This document shows positions 51,201 to 60,595 of a stretch of 64,000 nucleotides of DNA, one piece after another (within the stretch, counting starts at the first letter, position 1; every line of letters starts with the position of its first letter). Below the pieces are notes generated by a model that saw only the letters and a list, made by a program, of their open reading frames with translations, did not search any database and was not told the DNA's origin. A program made the position numbers and the translations under genes. The stretch is from Candidatus Dojkabacteria bacterium (lineage in GTDB: Bacteria; Patescibacteriota; Dojkabacteria; B142; JAFGFJ01): contig JAFGFJ010000002.1 in NCBI GenBank assembly GCA_016931155.1, positions 385-64,384 of the forward strand, given 5' to 3'.

Positions 51201-53149
51201 CCATGAAGAGGCACAGAGATATCCAAGCTCAAGTAGAGGAGCTTAGGGAGGCTCGTGCACCTGACTATCTCATAAAAGCTGTTCAGATGAGAAGTCCTTA
51301 CAACAGAGGTGGTGAGGAGTCGAGCATAGACTCCAACTGGTATCAAAAAATTGTCGAGACATTGCCACTTATAGGAGGACTTGTAACACCAGGCAATGTA
51401 GAGTGGGCAAAGTCGAGCCTTTTCACTGAAGGACATCCCTTGTACGGAAGAAGTATGAAAAGAGTTCCAATTATTGGGCCGATTCTTGACCGCCATTTTC
51501 CGGTAGTACTCAAAACTGGACTTGGAGGAGAGTTTGATGTCGCAAAAAGAGATTTTACAAAAAAATGGGGACATGACGTTAAGGGTTTGGCATTTCCTTC
51601 AGATCAGCTTATAACCGGCGATAAAAATGTAATGGGAATTATGAATGGAATACAGGCCGGCCTACAGGGACTCGGAATGGATGATCTCGAACGGATAGCC
51701 TTTTTGAAAGCAATGCCGATGTTTAGAACTATTCAAATGGGTGCTGCCAACCCACCTCAGATAATCCCTTCACAGGCAGAACTCGAGGAGGAAGGAGTTC
51801 AAATATGGGCAGACAGAACTGGTTCAGGTGCTGTCCACAAATGGAAAACTCACTTTGAAAATGAGATCGTATGGGGAAGTCACTGGGATGGCACAAAAGT
51901 AACAATTGATGATGAGATTGCGAAAGCTGAAAGTAAGCTTGCCAATATGAAAGGATTAGGCAAACTTGGTACAAAAGCTTTGTCCATCATGGACAAGATC
52001 AAAGGTCTGGACGGAGCACAAAAAGAAGCGACAAAAATGAAGGAAATATATAATCTCATGGCCGCACAGCCTCCCGGAGGATATTCAATGCGCCACCTGG
52101 TCGAGATGGCAAGAAAGGCTCATGAAGGCGGCTTCTGGGATCCGGATCCTGGTAAACCAAGAAAATACTATTTCAAAGTAGGCATACCAGATCCAAATAA
52201 CCCGGATGGGGAACCCATTTTGTTTGACTTGAAGGATGTGAACACATTTGTACAAAGATACAATAGAGCTTATGCAAAGGAAATATTTGCTTCAGGAAAA
52301 GATCCAAAAACAGGCGAAGACCTTGAAGCGGCAAGTCCGGATATCCAAAGTTTACGCGTGCAACTTGAAACTGCTGAGATGAATCGAGATAGAAATCAAG
52401 CTCAACTGAAAAACCCTGCGATTTCTGATAATGACAGGAAAAAGCTGGAGGATGAAATTGGTATCCTCGATTTCCACATTGAAAATTTCAAAAAAGAGAT
52501 TGAGGAAAAATCCCACACATATAAATTTCTCAAGGGATTCGGAGAAGGTTATGATGAAAAAATGTTTTTTGATATAGTATGGGGTGAAGTCGATGGCATG
52601 AAAGAGAATATGGAAAAGGGAGCACAATACTATGCCGATTATCAATTCAGAATTGCCCAGATTGCAATGATGGAAAGACGCACCTTTCATGCATCAAATT
52701 TCTTCAACAAACTAGATAGAATACTGAACAATATTGGTCACTGGAGTCTTGTAGCAGGACTTGCTATTACAGTTGCGACTGGAGCACCAGTTGGAATAAC
52801 AATACTGCTTGGCGGCTCTGCTCTGATACTCGCAAATACGGCATTTGTAAACAAATATTCTCAGCTCTGGCTCGGCAGAAGAATAAGAGCAATTGAAACC
52901 AGAGAAAAACTGGATTCTATGCTTCAAATGTACGAAGAAGTACAATCAGGAAAATTGCTCTCACCAGCAACTCTTTCTATGCTTGAAAGACAAAAGGCAA
53001 CTATTGAATTCATGACTGAAAATATCATGAGAGTAACAGCAAAGGATTCTGTGAAACTGCCTGCCGATAGATTATTCTTTGCTGTAGGTGGCGGTCTCTG
53101 GAAAGCATTTGATGAAATGGGAGTAAACATGCTTGCAGGAAAGATCTAA
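48257..53149 (+). CDS. Giant hypothetical protein (coiled coils, HExxH motif, C-terminal TM hairpin)
   Basis: 1630-aa ORF with IYHEIEHLLQ and a hydrophobic hairpin near the C-terminus. Confidence 0.8.
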   Translation: MGIPGETPQKKEKKGKRQSAFMRALSRILNISAGETRKTREELAKALTEGKDIERIYKDKLKVKEADKGKEKLPPIRERIRKASVDAAVRLLRIDPRQKIDAVKFKEEMARQNIDRSTEGVPQGAFRKALAEKARKTEAEIRQVERAEMVKAIIVRESGNEKVDFGIRANIEGRNIVVNLDQKKGDDELDIIENEEKEYIDKNPDIENNDKEERKSRVNKEIDLLREIRKLRKEIKSPDSREVEAIIEKVEDFLKESKEAGQETVLLEEMIDTFDLDEITRKQVHISVISKVEGLQRNASSKEYEKIQRQTERKPLHTQLLELSADKLVAKHNQACSFYIDDYEDTSAEGSSKAGEEIIPEEKRREKDTKLRGIVNTAIDSYNQTLLEENNTGRKFEPADLYEKNTILQIPGGVAIVTSDAGQFARLVNMGEDHEAIAKNLEEQPVAGAYLKGRLANSIKEKGYEGDVIIIYAKEAEDEDGGTKGIENKWYERDLKDSETSKLIYHEIEHLLQQRNLEAIEDLHSGSDAVLEEYFENSNQARHKNLFAIYKDIITNRKNSKYFKQAPDDPIFKILAEGNITKEAGIHQLVSLYYGSKGIEFDALTSVERRGRIFEEAPGWKGGKIDAGRVFELAALPDNQRKIMTQEGETSIEVDPWENIAKENPLLQAVYFREITSDKAKIIYSDFDSPEKLMMIKDEIDSLMKTNKLTSISQLIHKISAGEVTLSENSELNKLELIKMLKVKGNDLKFVKRASEILGSFFKDTETRDALFEYSAILTGGKMAFGEGLMNPEDQHNQPLIALYKSVLGEKSNGPGDLSLRRLYLQTPEGEIPEEHIKLFKFMIAVDMILQRSGNLSTEELDANRRHIASMIYTDYNKGTDYLLQRLTDLTELTGSLSKEELKKIEEGLQSIIQNKSKADPGFLKKILYGDETKYLIPYNPDVDFSVFPTERYIKDILGAGHPAAAIDIVDALQRVYAMPFAMKRHRDIQAQVEELREARAPDYLIKAVQMRSPYNRGGEESSIDSNWYQKIVETLPLIGGLVTPGNVEWAKSSLFTEGHPLYGRSMKRVPIIGPILDRHFPVVLKTGLGGEFDVAKRDFTKKWGHDVKGLAFPSDQLITGDKNVMGIMNGIQAGLQGLGMDDLERIAFLKAMPMFRTIQMGAANPPQIIPSQAELEEEGVQIWADRTGSGAVHKWKTHFENEIVWGSHWDGTKVTIDDEIAKAESKLANMKGLGKLGTKALSIMDKIKGLDGAQKEATKMKEIYNLMAAQPPGGYSMRHLVEMARKAHEGGFWDPDPGKPRKYYFKVGIPDPNNPDGEPILFDLKDVNTFVQRYNRAYAKEIFASGKDPKTGEDLEAASPDIQSLRVQLETAEMNRDRNQAQLKNPAISDNDRKKLEDEIGILDFHIENFKKEIEEKSHTYKFLKGFGEGYDEKMFFDIVWGEVDGMKENMEKGAQYYADYQFRIAQIAMMERRTFHASNFFNKLDRILNNIGHWSLVAGLAITVATGAPVGITILLGGSALILANTAFVNKYSQLWLGRRIRAIETREKLDSMLQMYEEVQSGKLLSPATLSMLERQKATIEFMTENIMRVTAKDSVKLPADRLFFAVGGGLWKAFDEMGVNMLAGKI

Positions 53150-53196
53150 TGAAATAAGAATATTAAAAATAAAGCATAAAAAAGTAAAAATTAGAA

Positions 53197-53682
53197 ATGG
53201 ATATCGTTTTTTTTGATGAAAAAATAGTCAGGATTTTCGGGAGGGCAATGGGTTTTGAAGGCCTGCAGCTTGAAGCCTTCGTAGCAGATTACAATCTAAA
53301 CCTTGTAAAGCTTTTTATACACAGTGCGCTTGAGCATATAGGGACTGATGCCGATCCGAAGGATATGAACGAGCTTCAAAGGATAGCTGACGATATTGCA
53401 GAGGAGAGAAGTGAGGATCTTACTGAGCTTGGAGAGTTCCTGGGTAAAAAGATGCTTGAGTATCCTGAAGCGGGAAAGAAAGTTGATCATGAAATTTCAG
53501 TTTTCAACGAAGGCATACTTGCAGACTTTATAGCTCACGCACCCGAAAAAAGCATTAAAGAGCTTTTGATATATATCGCAGAGACAAGAAAAAAGAACCA
53601 GAAAGTAGCAGAAATGATTGAAAAGATGAAGGCAGAGGCAAAAAGGGGAGGGCAGGAAAATGCTCAGGAGAAGACAAAATGA
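53197..53682 (+). CDS. Small acidic helical hypothetical protein
   Basis: 161-aa ORF directly after the giant gene. Confidence 0.75.
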   Translation: MDIVFFDEKIVRIFGRAMGFEGLQLEAFVADYNLNLVKLFIHSALEHIGTDADPKDMNELQRIADDIAEERSEDLTELGEFLGKKMLEYPEAGKKVDHEISVFNEGILADFIAHAPEKSIKELLIYIAETRKKNQKVAEMIEKMKAEAKRGGQENAQEKTK

Positions 53683-53802
53683 TCAGCACAACATTTTGAC
53701 CATTAAGCCAATAGATACAACCGGGCTGGAAACAGCCTAAGAGTAAAAGTATCTCACATCAGAAGCACTGTCCTCAGTTACTTAGCTTGATACTTGGCTG
53801 GT

Positions 53803-53836
53803 TGCCTGGCGGTTGCTTTGTCCAGGCATTTTTTTT
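53803..53836 (+). terminator. Intrinsic terminator
   Basis: TGCCTGG...CCAGGCA stem followed by T8. Confidence 0.55.
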
Positions 53837-54002
53837 GGATTGTTGTCTGGGGCTTGTTTGGGCTTGCCTGCAACACTTGCCTTATATTTACAATGTCACA
53901 AGTTAAGAAGTTTTTTGTGAGAATATTTCGCTAACCTGTACACTGCTCCGTATTTGCTTATAGGCTTGCCAATCATTTACCTGGATTGACCTAGGTAGTT
54001 GT

Positions 54003-54539
54003 CTAGGAAAATTTTTGTGCAGCTGACTGTGCAGAAGGTGGGGTAAGGTTGATCTTAGGGACAGTAACTGCATTTCCTGCATCTTCTCCAAAGACCTCAA
54101 CATAAGTTTTCATAAAATCCAGTACGGAATTTACAGAAGATTTCATTTCATTCACATAATCCTCAACCTTTTTCCGCTGATCTTCTTCCAGTTTTTTCAT
54201 GTATGATTCATAAATAAATTTGTTAAGCTCATTTATCAGATTCATAATTTTGTCTTGTAATTCTTTGGTTATATTTTGCTTTAACTCATCATCAACAGCA
54301 GAATCCATCGTCTCCTCAGCAGATTCATTATTTAGAATACTTTCGGACAGCTTAGCCTTTATCTTTGTTACCCAATCATTAGATAGTCCCTTTTCCCTGG
54401 CATAATTTTCAATAGCCTTTTCTACCAACACATCTGTCCTACCCATATAGTCATTATAAGCACTATCTTTTAGTTTGTCTTCAGAAAGACCCAAAAGCAT
54501 CCCTAGGATTTCTCTGTCAATAATATATCTATCCTTCAT
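54003..54539 (-). CDS. Small acidic helical hypothetical protein
   Basis: 178-aa ORF downstream of the 726-aa gene. Confidence 0.75.
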   Translation of the reverse strand: MKDRYIIDREILGMLLGLSEDKLKDSAYNDYMGRTDVLVEKAIENYAREKGLSNDWVTKIKAKLSESILNNESAEETMDSAVDDELKQNITKELQDKIMNLINELNKFIYESYMKKLEEDQRKKVEDYVNEMKSSVNSVLDFMKTYVEVFGEDAGNAVTVPKINLTPPSAQSAAQKFS

Positions 54540-54552
54540 AATGATCGATTAA

Positions 54553-56733
54553 TTATGTTAGTTGTCCTATACCGTTCAGTGCATCAGTTAATTCTTTTGT
54601 TCCAGATATCCCAAACCTCTTTTCCCAGATTTTTACCACCTCTGGTATCATCTCAGGATCCAATCCATTTTTAGCAGCATATCTCTCAGCAAAGAATTTT
54701 GCTCTTTCTCCTGCTTGCGAAATTGGTATATTCTGTAACTCTGATTTAAATTTCAATATATCTCTTTCTTTTTCCAGATAATCAACTTTAACTTTTGCAT
54801 AATCCGCTTTACCACCAAAGCCAAGATATTTAATGCCAGCTACTCCACCACTTACAGCCCCCACACCTGCACCTACTCCAAGAACTCCTGTCAAAACAGG
54901 ACTTGCCGCTGTAAAGTATGCAATACCAGCACCAACACCACCACCCAATAGAAGCAAACTAGGGACACCAAAATACTTTGCAAGTGCCACAGCTCGCTTC
55001 ATTCGTAAATTGAATTTTTCTGCTTCAGCAGCTTTCACTCTTGCTTCTGCAATTTCCTCAGCAAGACCCCCACTACCGTTTGCTCCAAGCATCTTCTTTG
55101 TAAGTTCAAACTTTTTTTCCAGAGCTGCTTTCACTTCTGGTGAGCCCTGGTAGTTATCTATCTCCTCTTGCAGCTTTGAAACAACATCTGCCATATTCGC
55201 TTGCTGATCTTCTTCTGCCTGAATACTCATTTGAACAGCTTCTCCATGCTTATCTTTAATAAACTCTCTCTCTCTTTCAGTTAACGTAGGATATGCGGCA
55301 AGTTCATTGTCGATATTAAAAGTCCTGCCTACAGGAGTACATCCAGAATCAAACTTTCTCAATAACTCATCAATTATTTTCTTAATGCCTGCGTCTGTTT
55401 TGATTCTGGTCTCCTCCTCCTGGTACTTCTGTCTTGCCTGTCTTTTAAGCTCCTCTCCTTCCTGAAAAGATAATTCTCTATTCGTTACCCTTGTATCAAC
55501 TACAGTGTCATAAACGTCTAGTTCATAGAATCCTCTTCTTAGATACTCATTCATAGCAGCAGTAGTATCTCCCTTTCCTTCCTCTCTTCTTACTTTTTCC
55601 CTTTCTTCTCTCCCTGTAATTAAGGTTCTTCTTGCCGCAATTTCAGAGTTTAGTGCAGAAAATTCACTATCAGTAATATCCCTGTTTCCATGTGCAGTTA
55701 GCACCTCATCTTCTAACCTATTAAGCTCTTGTTCGTTGGAATTTGCCGGATCAGCCAATCCCTGTCTTATTCTTCGAGCCTCAGGAGATACTGTTGTCGC
55801 TCTTTCAGAATCTATCAGATCCACTATTCTCTTCCAGTCCGAGTCATTTATCTCACCATCTTTGAGAGCTCCATCAGCCCTCGATTTTGCAGTATCATAG
55901 TCAGGGTTTGGAACAAGTATAAATCCATTTATTATGCCATTTACAATATTTTTTCTTTGTGTATCAGCAAACTCTTTCTGCTTCCTTGTTTTTATACCCT
56001 CAACATCTTGCCTAGCCTGTCGAACTTGAGCTCTTTCTTCAGATATTACACTTTGATCAACGTATTGGTTTATAGCTGCTACTCTCTCTATTTCATCATC
56101 TGCACTGTCTAATATATCAAGAGCCGAGGTAACATCAACATTTGTAACAGGGATAATACTCTCAGCTGTTGATTTAGCTCTACTAACAAGATTACTTACA
56201 CTAGTCGGAAGCTTTGCTATCTCTTGATTCGCCTTTTCTTTTTTATCCTCTTCTTCCTTCCTTTGTTTCCTCTCATCTGCCTCCCTTTTCTCACTTGCAA
56301 TCTTAGCTCTAAGTTCTCTTATATCTTGATCTGCTTCGCTGAGCTTTTTTCCTCTACCTGTTTCCCCACTAATCATCTTATTCGCCGCATTAAACCTACT
56401 ATCATTATTTGTTTCTTGAAGCTTGTTTCCAACCTGAACTGATAAACTGTCAAAGGCGTTTTTTCTTTCCGTTCTAGCTTTCTCCTCAGCCTGTGATGCT
56501 CTTCTATCTGCGTCAAGCTGTTTCTTTCTACCTTCCTCCTCACTTTTCCTCTCTTTAGCAGCAGCTATAACACTAATTACTTCCTGAGCAGCTTCTGCTG
56601 TACCCGCTGCAATAGCTATTCTATATATAGACCTGTATTCAGTGGGTATCTTAGAAATCTCTGATCGCATTGCTGTCAACCGTTCTTGCGATAGAGGAGT
56701 AGAAGTTTTTGCTTGACTATCAGGATTACTCAT
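54553..56733 (-). CDS. Coiled-coil protein with C-terminal Gly-rich TM hairpin
   Basis: E/K/R/A-rich helices and LLLLGGGVGAG...GVGAGVGAVSGGVAG. Confidence 0.8.
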   Translation of the reverse strand: MSNPDSQAKTSTPLSQERLTAMRSEISKIPTEYRSIYRIAIAAGTAEAAQEVISVIAAAKERKSEEEGRKKQLDADRRASQAEEKARTERKNAFDSLSVQVGNKLQETNNDSRFNAANKMISGETGRGKKLSEADQDIRELRAKIASEKREADERKQRKEEEDKKEKANQEIAKLPTSVSNLVSRAKSTAESIIPVTNVDVTSALDILDSADDEIERVAAINQYVDQSVISEERAQVRQARQDVEGIKTRKQKEFADTQRKNIVNGIINGFILVPNPDYDTAKSRADGALKDGEINDSDWKRIVDLIDSERATTVSPEARRIRQGLADPANSNEQELNRLEDEVLTAHGNRDITDSEFSALNSEIAARRTLITGREEREKVRREEGKGDTTAAMNEYLRRGFYELDVYDTVVDTRVTNRELSFQEGEELKRQARQKYQEEETRIKTDAGIKKIIDELLRKFDSGCTPVGRTFNIDNELAAYPTLTEREREFIKDKHGEAVQMSIQAEEDQQANMADVVSKLQEEIDNYQGSPEVKAALEKKFELTKKMLGANGSGGLAEEIAEARVKAAEAEKFNLRMKRAVALAKYFGVPSLLLLGGGVGAGIAYFTAASPVLTGVLGVGAGVGAVSGGVAGIKYLGFGGKADYAKVKVDYLEKERDILKFKSELQNIPISQAGERAKFFAERYAAKNGLDPEMIPEVVKIWEKRFGISGTKELTDALNGIGQLT

Positions 56734-57076
56734 TAGGTGGGTCTTCGCTAAAATGTTTCTTTATCTCTTCATTCATACTATTTTTAAGCTCCTCGTTAGT
56801 TGCAAGTTCACTGAAAGTTTTTTCTGTTACTTTTCCATTCTCCACACCTTCATCTAAACCTATTACAACATCCAAAATCTGCTTATCATCCAGACCTTTT
56901 CTCCTCAATTCTTCTACAAACCATTTCAAAAAATCATGGGACAGTTTCTTACCCTCAGTCAAAGCATTCTCCGGCTTAGTTACGTCTCCAATTTTCCCCT
57001 CAATTATTTGCTTCAATAAAGATGCTGGGTCAGAACTCTGTACAGTTTGTTTTGTTAGATTAGTCTGATTACCCAT
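56726..57076 (-). CDS. Hypothetical protein
   Basis: 116-aa ORF whose stop overlaps the next start. Confidence 0.7.
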   Translation of the reverse strand: MGNQTNLTKQTVQSSDPASLLKQIIEGKIGDVTKPENALTEGKKLSHDFLKWFVEELRRKGLDDKQILDVVIGLDEGVENGKVTEKTFSELATNEELKNSMNEEIKKHFSEDPPNE

Positions 57077-57104
57077 CCTTTAAAATTTCTAGAAATATAC
57101 TAAT

Positions 57105-57665
57105 TCAACTCAATCCTTTCTCAAACTCTATAGTAGTCTGGATTATATTTCTGGCTTCGTCAAGACGCCCTTCTTTCAGGAGCTTACTCACCACTTTTTC
57201 AACTTCCTCCTTGACCCTCTTCTCATACTCAATCATAATTGGCACGACCACTTCAGAAAGCTCACGAAACTGATCATCAAGACTTGGGATCACTCTCATC
57301 AAACTCTCATATGAAATGTTTGAAGGAAGCTTCTGAAGCACCAGATCAGCAATCTTTTTCGCCCGCTCATCATCCATCTCGTCCTGCGACACCTTTTCCT
57401 TGATAAGATCGACAATGGACTGCATCACAACGTTTCGAACCTTGGCCGTATCCACTTCATCCTTGATAAGACCCGCTGGATCAAACTTCTCAAGTCTTTT
57501 TCCAAATTCCATCACCTTTTTCTGCTCGTCATTTTTTGCCACGTTAGAAGAATTTGCTGTATCTGCTTTTTGAGTATTTGTATTTGTATTTGTACTCGTA
57601 TTTGTACTCGTATTTGTACTCGTATTTGTACTTATATTTGTGTGTGCCACTTGTGCATCTGTCAT
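57105..57665 (-). CDS. Hypothetical helical protein
   Basis: 186-aa ORF, first gene of the minus-strand operon. Confidence 0.75.
   Translation of the reverse strand: MTDAQVAHTNISTNTSTNTSTNTSTNTNTNTQKADTANSSNVAKNDEQKKVMEFGKRLEKFDPAGLIKDEVDTAKVRNVVMQSIVDLIKEKVSQDEMDDERAKKIADLVLQKLPSNISYESLMRVIPSLDDQFRELSEVVVPIMIEYEKRVKEEVEKVVSKLLKEGRLDEARNIIQTTIEFEKGLS
57574..57642 (-). repeat. In-frame 12/6-bp tandem repeat encoding TNTS/TN
   Basis: (GTATTTGTACTC)n and (GTATTT)n on the plus strand. Confidence 0.85.
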
Positions 57666-57873
57666 GGACGCTCTGTTAATCCGCTAAAAAATATATAAGT
57701 AAATATATACAAAATAATATACAAGATTTAGAAATTTGTTGCACACAATTGCGCTCAATTTCCTTGCATCCCGCAAGCTTTCTTCCTATACTGATATTAT
57801 TCCAATTTGTTCCGGGTCGGTTTACTGACTCAACTGGCAATTGGTAATTATTAATTTTTAAATCCTGCCTGCT

Positions 57874-59298
57874 GTGAAAAAAATCAGGAAAATTTTACTT
57901 GTCACAATAACTGTACTTCTCCTTTCAACTTCATCCTCAGTCCTTTTCCCTGCAAAAACCAAAGCGGATGGGCTCATGGATGCAGTATTTCTGGGAGGTG
58001 CTGAATCTATTTTCGGATGCAGAGAAGGGGAAAAGACAGCAGGTGAAGCATATGTTAAGTCATGCGGTAGCGGAAGCGTGCAGGGAGCAAGTGACTCAGA
58101 AAGCATAATGCGTGATCACGGGGCACTTGGTGTTACTGCAAATATGATAGATATGCTCTATGAGAATCCTCCAGCAAGCGGAATTGTCTATGCACAGCAA
58201 ACATGGGACAAATTCAGAACAAATGTCACTGGAGAAGTGTATGCTCAGGAAGTCTACTCACCTGGGGTCGGTTTCAGTCTTCTTCAGCCTGTTCAGCCTT
58301 ACTGGGCATGGGCTAGAAATATTTCGTACGGATTTTTCATACTTATTTTCATAGCAATTGCACTTCAAATACTTTTCAGGTCGAAAATCGACGGACAAAA
58401 TCCAGCAACACTGGCCAACTCAATACCAGGAGTCATAATTTCTCTTGCACTTGTCACTCTAAGCTATGCTATCACCGGCCTCACTATTGACCTAGTCACA
58501 ATAGGCTCAAACTTCATCAAAGGAATATACGAAACGAGCGGATTGATGGAAGACGGATCCAGGCTTCCAAACCCGGATGATCCGAGGATGAGTGTCTGGT
58601 TCGTTTTTTCGACCGCACTTGAAGGTAAAAGTGCAGGAGGTGAACTTAGTAACATAGCAAAAGGAATAAGCACAGAAGGAATTGCACTTGAGTCTGCTGC
58701 AAATCTTGCAAATGGAATTTTAGAAAACACCGCTGGTTCCTCCCTTATTTCCTTGATACTGGGAGTCACCATACTTTTTGCGGCTATGAAGCTGTTTTTT
58801 GAGCTCGTGAGAAGATATATTCAAATCATTCTAAACGTAGTACTTGCACCCATTTTGTTTCTTCTCGGAGCAATGCCGGGAGGTCTTCAAAAAGCGATAT
58901 TTCCTTTTATGAGAGGCTTTCTTGCAAATGCAACAGTTTTTATCGCAATATACGCCATCTTTGGTTTCATGGTAGTTCTACTAAAAGACCAGACCCACTT
59001 TACCACTGGAAATTATGGCTATGTTCCGCCCCTCATTGGTTTCCAAAGGGATGGAGACATGGGAGGTATTCCTTTTAATTCTATTAAAACACTCGTTGCT
59101 TTCAGTCTATTTATCACGACCACTTTGATTCCGGACATGATAGACAAAGCATTAGATGCCCCTGATTTTACACAAATTGTAAACAATCTGAGAGCAAGTA
59201 CAGCACAAGGAGCACAGCAGACTTCTGCTTTGCTCAAAGGCGTACTTGGAACTTTGGGTAATATCCAAGGTCTAACTGGAGGACAGGGACAAAGATAA
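57874..59298 (+). CDS. Polytopic membrane protein, VirB6/TrbL-like
   Basis: Signal peptide, W...RNISY.FF, LVTLSYAI.GL.ID and RYIQIIL..VLAPI patterns, Gly/Gln-rich tail. Confidence 0.6.
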   Translation: MKKIRKILLVTITVLLLSTSSSVLFPAKTKADGLMDAVFLGGAESIFGCREGEKTAGEAYVKSCGSGSVQGASDSESIMRDHGALGVTANMIDMLYENPPASGIVYAQQTWDKFRTNVTGEVYAQEVYSPGVGFSLLQPVQPYWAWARNISYGFFILIFIAIALQILFRSKIDGQNPATLANSIPGVIISLALVTLSYAITGLTIDLVTIGSNFIKGIYETSGLMEDGSRLPNPDDPRMSVWFVFSTALEGKSAGGELSNIAKGISTEGIALESAANLANGILENTAGSSLISLILGVTILFAAMKLFFELVRRYIQIILNVVLAPILFLLGAMPGGLQKAIFPFMRGFLANATVFIAIYAIFGFMVVLLKDQTHFTTGNYGYVPPLIGFQRDGDMGGIPFNSIKTLVAFSLFITTTLIPDMIDKALDAPDFTQIVNNLRASTAQGAQQTSALLKGVLGTLGNIQGLTGGQGQR

Positions 59299-59313
59299 TC
59301 CGTAACTCAAAAG

Positions 59314-60594
59314 ATGACGGATGAAACACCACTGAAAAAACTGGAAGAGCTCGAAAATGAAATAGAGAAAATTATTTCCCGGAAAGGGTTTGTTACTTTT
59401 GTTCATCTTAAAAAGCGCAAAAACATTAAATCTGTCTGGATAAAGGCGGTAAATTTTATAGACACAAAGTTAAAGAATTCTGAAAGTGATAAAGCTGCAT
59501 TCAATAAATATCTGACAGAGTTTCATGGTCTTGTCTCGAACATAAACGTTGCTGATGAATGGGTTCACTGGCAGGAAATTGAAGCTATTTACGAATCTTC
59601 CAAAAGAATAAGCCCGGAAAGCTCAGAATTCCTTCTCGCTCTTACAAAAGTACATCTTCTACGCAAAAAAAACGTACTGCCTGAACTGGGAGAGTATTCT
59701 CTCGTCAGCACCATTGAAATAGATACGCAAAGAATTAGAATTGCAAAAGGTCTTTCAATTATTAGTCCAAATGTATCTCTGATTCTGGATGGGAAAGATT
59801 TTCTACTTACCGATAAGGAAGGAAATTTTAATCTGACAACAACTCTGGGAATAGAAAAAAAAGAATGCAATATTGTTTCAACTCTTTCGACCCTGGCACA
59901 TATTCCTTCCCTTCAGGACACAATACTTGACGAAATACAGAATGTGTCAAAACATCCCTTCATATACGATCTTTATCCGGAAAAAGCAAAACGGGCACTT
60001 TGGGCAGCAACAAAACACCTCACACTTTTTGCAAGTAGATTTGCACACAACCAACTCAATAGAGGAATTGGATTGTCCGAAGCTGTCGAAAATACACAAG
60101 AATATATGAAATCTATACCAGACCTCGAGCCTGACATGTATCTGGAGATGAAAGAGTCCGGCTTGTGGGAAAGTATAAGACTGGGACTCATCAGTGAAGA
60201 AAAAATAGATCCAGTCGATGTAAAAATAATGTTTTCCGAGATTCTCGAAGCGATGGTATATCTTTGCAGATCAGCAGGCATCGTTCCTTCCAAATTCTTT
60301 GATATTGAATTTCGTGAGTCCTCAGATGAGGAAAAAAGCATTGAAGGAAATAAGTTCAGCATGGATGTTTTTGAGCTCGATGAGGGAGGGAAGAGATCGG
60401 ATTACATAATCGAAACCTACGCTGTTGTCCTTACACCCGAATCAGAAGTATCAATAGTAGATTCAGTCACAAACGGAAAGCTCAACACAGACTTTTATCC
60501 GAAATTCGACAACAGAAGTATTGCGGAAAAGATTGAAGATTATTTAACGGTGCCAGTAAATGAAAAAGAGGATTTTATAAATTATATAGAATAA
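59314..60594 (+). CDS. Hypothetical protein
   Basis: 426-aa ORF within the operon. Confidence 0.75.
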   Translation: MTDETPLKKLEELENEIEKIISRKGFVTFVHLKKRKNIKSVWIKAVNFIDTKLKNSESDKAAFNKYLTEFHGLVSNINVADEWVHWQEIEAIYESSKRISPESSEFLLALTKVHLLRKKNVLPELGEYSLVSTIEIDTQRIRIAKGLSIISPNVSLILDGKDFLLTDKEGNFNLTTTLGIEKKECNIVSTLSTLAHIPSLQDTILDEIQNVSKHPFIYDLYPEKAKRALWAATKHLTLFASRFAHNQLNRGIGLSEAVENTQEYMKSIPDLEPDMYLEMKESGLWESIRLGLISEEKIDPVDVKIMFSEILEAMVYLCRSAGIVPSKFFDIEFRESSDEEKSIEGNKFSMDVFELDEGGKRSDYIIETYAVVLTPESEVSIVDSVTNGKLNTDFYPKFDNRSIAEKIEDYLTVPVNEKEDFINYIE

Positions 60595-60595
60595 A

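Noticed and set aside
53690-54000. ncRNA in the 300-bp gap between convergent operons
   Set aside because: Only a terminator hairpin and low-complexity CTTG/CTGG motifs, with no recognisable family.
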